A DNA stretch of 64,000 bases from Octopus vulgaris (taxonomy: Eukaryota), in contig OX597820.1 of the NCBI GenBank assembly GCA_951406725.2, forward strand, positions 54,250,001-54,314,000, written 5' to 3'. Below are positions 56,718-64,000 of the stretch, piece after piece. Position numbers and translations under genes: made by a program. Below the pieces are notes generated by a model. The model saw only the letters and a list, made by a program, of their open reading frames with translations. It was not told where the DNA came from and ran no database searches. The stretch's first letter is position 1. Each line of letters begins with the position of its first letter.

Positions 56718-56950
56718 GGCGGCGAGCTGGCAGAAACGTTAGCGCGCCGGGCGAAATATTTAGCGGTATTTCGTCTGCCGTTACGTTCTGAGTTCAAATT
56801 CCGCCGAGGCTGACTTTGCCTTTCGTCCTTTCGGGATCGATAAATTAAGTACCAGTTATGCACTGGAGTCGATGTAATCGACTTAATCCCTTTGTCTGTC
56901 CTTGTTTGTCCCCTCTATGTTTAGCCCCTTGCGGGCAATAAAGAAATAAG
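56718..56950 (+). mobile_element. SINE family B (MetaSINE-like core)
   Basis: Near-consensus copy. Others at ~49345, 52075, 61217 (dimeric) and 62030 (+), and 23005, 28110 and 41520 (-). Confidence 0.88.
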
Positions 56951-58705
56951 AAATGTTGGTCTCTACCGTCAATGGCCAAGCTTTCACATGTGTCTCGCCT
57001 GTATATTGGTTTTAAAGTTCCCGTTGCTGCGATTGTTTAGTCCCCAGATCCCGCTAGGTCTGGGTCTGTCTTACAGGAAATTACACGTTCCACTATTACA
57101 CTGGAGACCCACAATACTATATTAAAGATCCATGAAAAAAATTTGCTTTAGATGTATTTATTGCGAGAAACAGCAAGATTTCTTTCTCTAACGTTTTACA
57201 TAGTTCACTCTGCACAAGTTAATATAAAAGTAAAATAGGAACTGTGAAAGAAGTTTCCATAAAACTAGATTTTAAATAGTAATCAAAGGGACCCACAGAT
57301 AAAAATGGTTGAGAACCAATTATTTAGACAATGTAAGATTTGAAGAAAAACCTTAGAGCATCAGTTGACCTCAAGTTTGAAGAAAAACTTATGCTTAGAG
57401 CATAAGTTAACCTTGTATCGAGCCGTGATCGTCACTTCTTTTTGCAGACATAACGTACCTTATACAAAGTGTCTTAAAGTTAAGAATTAGCTAGATGTGA
57501 TGTGAAGGAGAATGAATTGCTTTTTGAAGCAAACTCAGTAACAAAAGATTTCCTCGTATTGGCTCCTTTGCTTTGCTTTTTTTATTTTAACTGATGTTGG
57601 AATTATTTTTGTTGTTGTTGTTAACTCGGTTCGTCCCAAGTCGAACTGAGCTCTCCAAATGGCTAATAAAAATCGACCTTTCAAACTAAACGTGGTCATA
57701 GCTTTACTTGTAACTAACACCTGAATGATTAGACTTAGGCTTTTGTATCTATGAAACTCAGAGTAATTGCCGTCTTAATCGTCAGAAAGAGAGATTATAG
57801 AGTAAGCTTCCTCAAGGGCCATTCACCATTAGAAAAAGATAAGTTCGCTTTGCTGGATATTACTGTAGAAGTAATAAGGAGATGGTCAGTGGAACCTTAC
57901 TTTGGATACCACAAAATGGTCGGGATCACACGGGTCACCTTGCAAAAAACATACGGTGTTCAGTGAACAAGTGACCTGAGATATCACTGGAAGAAATTAT
58001 CACCCGTCATGATAGAAACTAGAAACGGACAGAGGGTCAGGTTCATGCAAATCCGAACCAGCCCAACCCGATGTTGATATAAAATGCTGCAGTGATTCAA
58101 GGGCCTTCAATTTCTTTTAATACACTTATCAAAGTTCGACGACGATGACGACGACGACGATGACGACGACGACGATGATGATGATGATGAGGAGGAGGAG
58201 GAGGAGGAGGAGGAGGAAACCTCTGTGTGTGTGTACGTGTGTGTGAAAAGGAAGAATAGAGTATTTGGTCATTGCAAGCCCCTTGTAACACTAGCAAGTC
58301 CGTTGTATGGCCGATGTTCAGTTTGAGCGTTCTTACCCTTTTGCCACTGCAGAGCATTTTCATATATTTGCCCTCAACGTCCATGTTTGTTTTCAGCGTA
58401 GTTAGCCCTCGCTTCATACATCCTGAGTAATATAAAGTTTATAAATAAACTCAAAGTAATATAAAGTAATATAAATAAACTCAAAGCTACTCTGATGGTT
58501 GAAAAAAAAAATACTGGAAATGTGTTTCATATATGATGCATTGACGTCAGTTAAATATGTCGTGTATCTCACGTGATACACCGGACAGGCAAAGAGTTAA
58601 TGTTATTGTTGTTGTCACTGCTGTTACTACTATTGAGGATTTTGGTATTGTTGTTGTTCTCGCCGTTGCTATTGATGTTTTTGTTGTCGTTGCTGTTGCT
58701 ACTGC

Positions 58706-58736
<31 letters not shown>

Positions 58737-58999
58737 AAGCAACAAGACGGGTGAGGGTGATTAGGTGATGGTCTAGGGCTTAGGTGCGGGAGACCCCAGA
58801 CCTTGGAAAAAAAAGAAAAAAACTTTGGTCATCTTGTTGTAGTCGAGGGCTCTTCGTTGACGCCTGATACCACTGAGAGGTGGCCCTCGAAGTCGCTGGA
58901 AATGGAGATCTCCAGGTCCAAATTCTTGAACGGTTGTTGCTGCTGCTACTGCTTCTACTGCTCGATCTTCTTGTTCATAATGTTGCTATCTCCCGATAG

Positions 59000-59224
59000 G
59001 TCAACTCCAAAGAACAGCTGACCAATATCCAGCAGATGCGGATTTATAAATATTCCTACAATAACGACTACGCCAAAGTGGCTGGCCTGGAGGAGACTAC
59101 GCGCCAAGAGACTGGAGTGATTGCTCAGGAATTACGGGAAGTCCTGCCTGACGCCGTCAGAGAAACAGGGGACTTGGTGCTGCCGAGTGGGCGAATCATT
59201 GAGAACTTTCTCACTGTTAATAAG
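59000..59224 (+). CDS. MYRF: MYRF exon 11, ICA / peptidase S74 domain
   Basis: Acceptor tcccgatag, donor AAG|GTAAAG. VNSKEQLTNIQQMRIYKY...ETGVIAQELREVLPDAVRETGD...IENFLTVNK. Confidence 0.95.
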
Positions 59225-59317
59225 GTAAAGAAACAAGTTTTCAAACTGTTATTTCATTTTCTTCTTCTTCTTCTCCTCCTCCTCCTCCTTCTTTTTCTTC
59301 TCCTTCTTCTCCTGCTC

Positions 59318-59348
<31 letters not shown>

Positions 59349-59435
59349 TCCTTCTTCTTCTTCTCCTTCTTCTTCTCCTTCTTCTCCTCCTCCTTCTTCT
59401 TCTTTTTCTTCTTCTTCTTCTTCTTCTTCTTCTCT

Positions 59436-59471
<36 letters not shown>

Positions 59472-59759
59472 GTGTTCATTCATATTAAAAAGGTCCTTTA
59501 TAGGATTATTAATCCACCATAGAACGACATTCCTACCTGACTCGTAACCTTTCGCAAGTATTTATTTTTCCTTTCCTTTTCAATCGCTTTACCTGTTTCT
59601 CATTCCTTCCCATGCTTTTCTTCTGATAGAGGACTAAAGTCCGATGCATTATAAATTCTCTCCATTCCTTCTTTTAATTGTTAAATTCGTAGAATATTTA
59701 TTTAAAATGCCCGCCCACTATGTTGCCTTTTTCTTTTTGCAATATATTCACTTAATATA

Positions 59760-60160
59760 GGCGTAGGAGTGGCTGTGTGGTAAGTAGCTTGCTTACCAAC
59801 CACATGCTTCCGGGTTCAGTCCCACTGCATGGCACCTTGGGCAAGTGTCTTCTACTATAGCCTCAGGCCGACCAAAGCCTTGTGAGTGGATTTGGTAGAC
59901 GGAAACTGAAAGAAGCCCGTCGTATATATGTATGTATATGTGGGGGGGTGCATGCGTGTGTGTGTGTCTTTTTTGTGTCCTCAACATCGCTTGACAACCG
60001 ATGCTGGTGTGTTTACGTCCCGTAAATTAACGGTTCGGCAAAAGAGAATAAGTACTAGGCTTACAAAGAATAAGTCCTGGCGTCGATTTGTTCGACTACA
60101 GGCGGTGCTCCAGCATGGCCACAATATCATGACTGAAACAAGTAAAAGAGTAAAGAGTAA
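59760..60160 (+). mobile_element. Full-length SINE family A in MYRF intron 11
   Basis: Same head, core and tail as the 24257 copy. Confidence 0.9.
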
Positions 60161-60322
60161 AGAGTTAAACGGTAGCAGTCATGATTCTCCAGCCGTTAAC
60201 TCCGATTCAACCCGAGGAATATTATGCAATGCGTAAGCTGTTCAGTTGACCGAACAGCTGGAAAACTCATTGTCGAAACTGACAACGATCTATATATTTT
60301 ATCAAACAGAGAGAGAGAGAGA

Positions 60323-60358
<36 letters not shown>

Positions 60359-60569
60359 CATGGCACTAGGGGTAGACATAACTCTATTATAATGAATTTT
60401 GCATTGCAACCTCGTGGTTTCGCTTTAAGTCTTACTATGCGGCATCTTATGTGTTTTCTAATGTAGCCCGGGTCGACAAATGCCTGGTAAGTAAACTTGA
60501 TAGACGAAAAGTGCGTGGAAGCCTTTGTATGTGCGTAGTGTAGAGCATATATGTGTATGTGTGTGTGTG

Positions 60570-60666
<97 letters not shown>

Positions 60667-61216
60667 CCCCTCTGCTTGCCAACCGGTGCTGGTTTGCTAA
60701 CAACTATGTAAGTAAGCGGTTTGGCAAAAAGAAATCAGACTAAAAAAAAAAATAGTATTTGGGTCGGTTTGTACGATTGAACCCTTCTAGGAAAGTCCCT
60801 AGCACGGCTGCACTCTAATAAATGGGACAAGTAAAAGAATAAAAGAGAAATAAAGAGATTACTTGCGCAGGCATGACCGAATTGTTAAGAATTTACATTT
60901 CACAATAACGAAGTTTTAAATCGATCCTATTGTTTGCTACCTTCAGCATATGTCTTCTATCATAGCCTCGGGTCGACTAAACACTACACCTATGATTGAA
61001 ACATCAAGCCTTGCACTACCACGTGTCAAGCAGATTCTACCTATGGTTTCCCTTTTTATGAAAGCCTATCAGTCCTCTTTTATTCCCAAAGATGTCAGTC
61101 CTACTTGAGAACTAATTATTAATCCTCAAAAAGTTTTATTTGACCGTAGATACATCTTCCTATTGTGTCTATTCGAGCAATAATATGAAATAATAAATGT
61201 ATTATCAATGTTTTAA

Positions 61217-61842
<626 letters not shown>

Positions 61843-62354
61843 TAAGATACTAACTTCCACCAGTCATTAGTTACTATTCCATGAGTAGGAATGATATATA
61901 TAACTAGCAATCCAACGATCTTTATTGAACACTAATATTCTTATTTGGCAAAAGAGAAACGATTTCAAATAGTAATTGTAATTTGTTAATAGTGTGTTCT
62001 ATACGTATGTTATTATTTTGCATTTTGTAAGGCGGCGAGTTGGCAGAAACGTTAGCACGCCGGGCGAAATGCGTAGCCGTATTTCGTCTGCCGTTACGTA
62101 CTGAGTTCAAATTCCGCCTTGGTCGGCTTTGCCTTCCGTCCTTCCTGGGTGGATAAATTAAGTACCAATTGCGTACTAGGGTCGGTCTAATCAACTGGCA
62201 CCCTCCCCCAAAATTTCGGGCATTGTACCTGGCGTAGAAAAGAATATTCTTATAACTGAAGTGTTGCATGCACGTATACTTGTATATTAGTATTAGGTAA
62301 ATGCTCACAAATAAGCTCTTCATAATATGATATTGCAGGGAGAATTTTTATCAC

Positions 62355-62930
62355 AATGCCCACACAACACCATAACAACCACACAACATCGCACCAACCG
62401 CACAACACTACAACAACCACACAACAGAACAGCAACCATAACAACTGCACAACACCACCACAACACTACAGCCACACAACACCACAATCACACAACACCA
62501 CAACTATACAACACCACAACCATACAACACCGCAACCACACAACAACACAACCACACAACACCGCAACCACACAACGCCACAACCACACAACACCGCAAC
62601 CTCACAACACCGCAACCACACAACAACACAACCACACAACACTACAACCACACAACACTACAACAATCACATAGCAGAACAGCAACCACACCACATCAAC
62701 TTCACAACATTATAACCACCACGCAACACCACAGCAACAACTCAATGCCGCACCAACCACACAACAGCACAACAATAACCTAACACCGTAGCAACCACAC
62801 AACAGCATAGAAAATCACCAACACCAACACCACAATAAACATACAAAGAGTCCAGCAGCCACCAATGCTACAACATCCACCTACGTACCAAACCACCAAC
62901 ACCCCACTAACCGCAATCATAGTCACCACT
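62355..62930. repeat. Degenerate (ACCACACAAC)n-like minisatellite
   Basis: Repeated ACCACACAAC / ACCGCAACCACACAAC units. Confidence 0.85.
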
Positions 62931-62964
62931 AATCTCGTGTACTTTTCTCATTTTCCTCTTCCAG

Positions 62965-63159
62965 TGCTCCTGTAAAAAGCAAACAGCCTTATCCACACCA
63001 CCACCATCACCATCATCATCACCACAGGAGTTCTGGAGCCAGCACACCATTCAGTGGTTCACCTCATGGCAGTACGACACCATTCTTTGGGATCAAATGC
63101 TGCAGCTACAGAACATTCCAGATATGTGTGCTTCTGCTGATCCTCTTTATAGCATTTTG
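62965..63159 (+). CDS. MYRF: MYRF exon 13, His10 tract and first half of the TM helix
   Basis: Acceptor ttttcctcttccag, donor TG|GTAAAT. SAPVKSKQPYP(H)10RSSG...CSYRTFQICVLLLILFIAF. Phase 2 to 2. Confidence 0.85.
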
Positions 63160-63449
63160 GTAAATATTACTCTTTTAGTCTTTTACTTGTTTCAGTCATT
63201 TGTCTGTGGCCATGCTGGAGCACCGCCTTTAGTCGAGCAAATCGACCCCAGGAATTATTCTTTGTAAGCCTAGTACTTATTCTATCGTTCTCTTTTCCCG
63301 AACCGCTAAGTTACGGGGGACGTAAACACACCAGCATCGGTTGTCCATCAATGTCAAACACAGACGTCAAACGTCTTATTCTAACGTCAATTTGACGTCA
63401 GTTAAGATCAGAAGCCACGGGAGCCACTGTCTGGTACTGCATCAGGGCA

Positions 63450-63491
<42 letters not shown>

Positions 63492-63505
63492 GCTGCTGCT
63501 GCTGC

Positions 63506-63565
<60 letters not shown>

Positions 63566-63597
63566 CATTATTGTTATTATTATTTTCCCGTTTACAG

Positions 63598-63672
63598 CAG
63601 TATTGTGACCATCTCCATCATGTACATCGTTCAGAACCAAAAAGTTCACAGTACGCACTTACAAAGCCATCT
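63598..63672 (+). CDS. MYRF: MYRF exon 14, second half of the TM helix (NAGNAG acceptor: starts at 63598 or 63601)
   Basis: tttacagcag acceptor, donor CT|GTAAGT. C(S)IVTISIMYIVQNQK completes a TM helix similar to vertebrate AFSVVSMSTLYVL. Confidence 0.82.
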
Positions 63673-63934
63673 GTAAGTAACCGTTATTCTTTATTTAAAA
63701 TGTCTGGCCTCCAAGACTACCAGATTTAGTTTCACTTACTTGGCTCAATTTTTTGTTTGTTATTCTGCACTGTTTGTGAATTATAAACAGTTATAATTCA
63801 TAGAAATCGGCTGGGGTTTCACTACCATTTATTTATTCTTAAAATATCAACTCCACCACGTTATCTATCGACACTCACATTATATATCTAAACAAGAAAA
63901 TAAATAAATCTTTCTTTTTTGATTAACGAATATA

Positions 63935-63975
63935 CAGTAACCCCTCGCCATATCGCGGTTCACCTATCGCGGTTT
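63935..63975. mobile_element. Tigger/pogo-like terminal repeat fragment
   Basis: TA|CAGTAACCCCTCGCCATATCGCGGTTCAC resembles pogo/Tigger TIRs. Confidence 0.45.
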
Positions 63976-64000
63976 ATCATTTAAGCTTACGTCGATTCCT

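Noticed and set aside
57700-58430. Two faint RTE-like 3' remnants
   Set aside because: Similarity is too weak to delimit without an alignment.
59225-59488. Poly-Leu extension of the exon 11 ORF as a membrane anchor
   Set aside because: It is an intronic (CTT/CTC/CTA)n repeat after a good AAG|GTAAAG donor, and homology continues in exon 12. It would matter only if the intron were retained, for which I see no evidence.

Overview
AT-rich animal genomic DNA saturated with microsatellites and SINEs. The repeat families suggest an octopus; this is inference, not proof. The one host gene I can support is a + strand myelin regulatory factor (MYRF) orthologue. Fourteen exons from 32427 to 63672 splice in consistent phase through canonical GT-AG sites. 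They encode the N-terminal low-complexity region (LPDSPPDS degron-like motif, KKRK NLS, IKQE SUMO motif), the Ndt80-type DNA-binding domain, the self-cleaving ICA/peptidase S74 domain (HP|SDKRAK), a coiled coil and the TM helix. The gene continues past the window end. The gene carries three intragenic duplications of different ages: a degenerate upstream copy of exon 5, a ~91%-identical copy of exon 7 placed in-phase behind exon 8, and a near-perfect 65-nt frameshifting tandem duplication inside exon 9 (possibly an assembly artefact). The rest of the window is decayed mobile DNA: mariner, Tc1 and maT transposons, hAT MITEs, a Helitron, Penelope remnants with minimal hammerhead-ribozyme motifs, RTE/CR1 LINEs, R4/Dong-like retroelements sitting in (CATA)n or (TAA)n arrays, four SINE families and simple repeats. 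Almost all ORFs in the supplied track are microsatellite artefacts.
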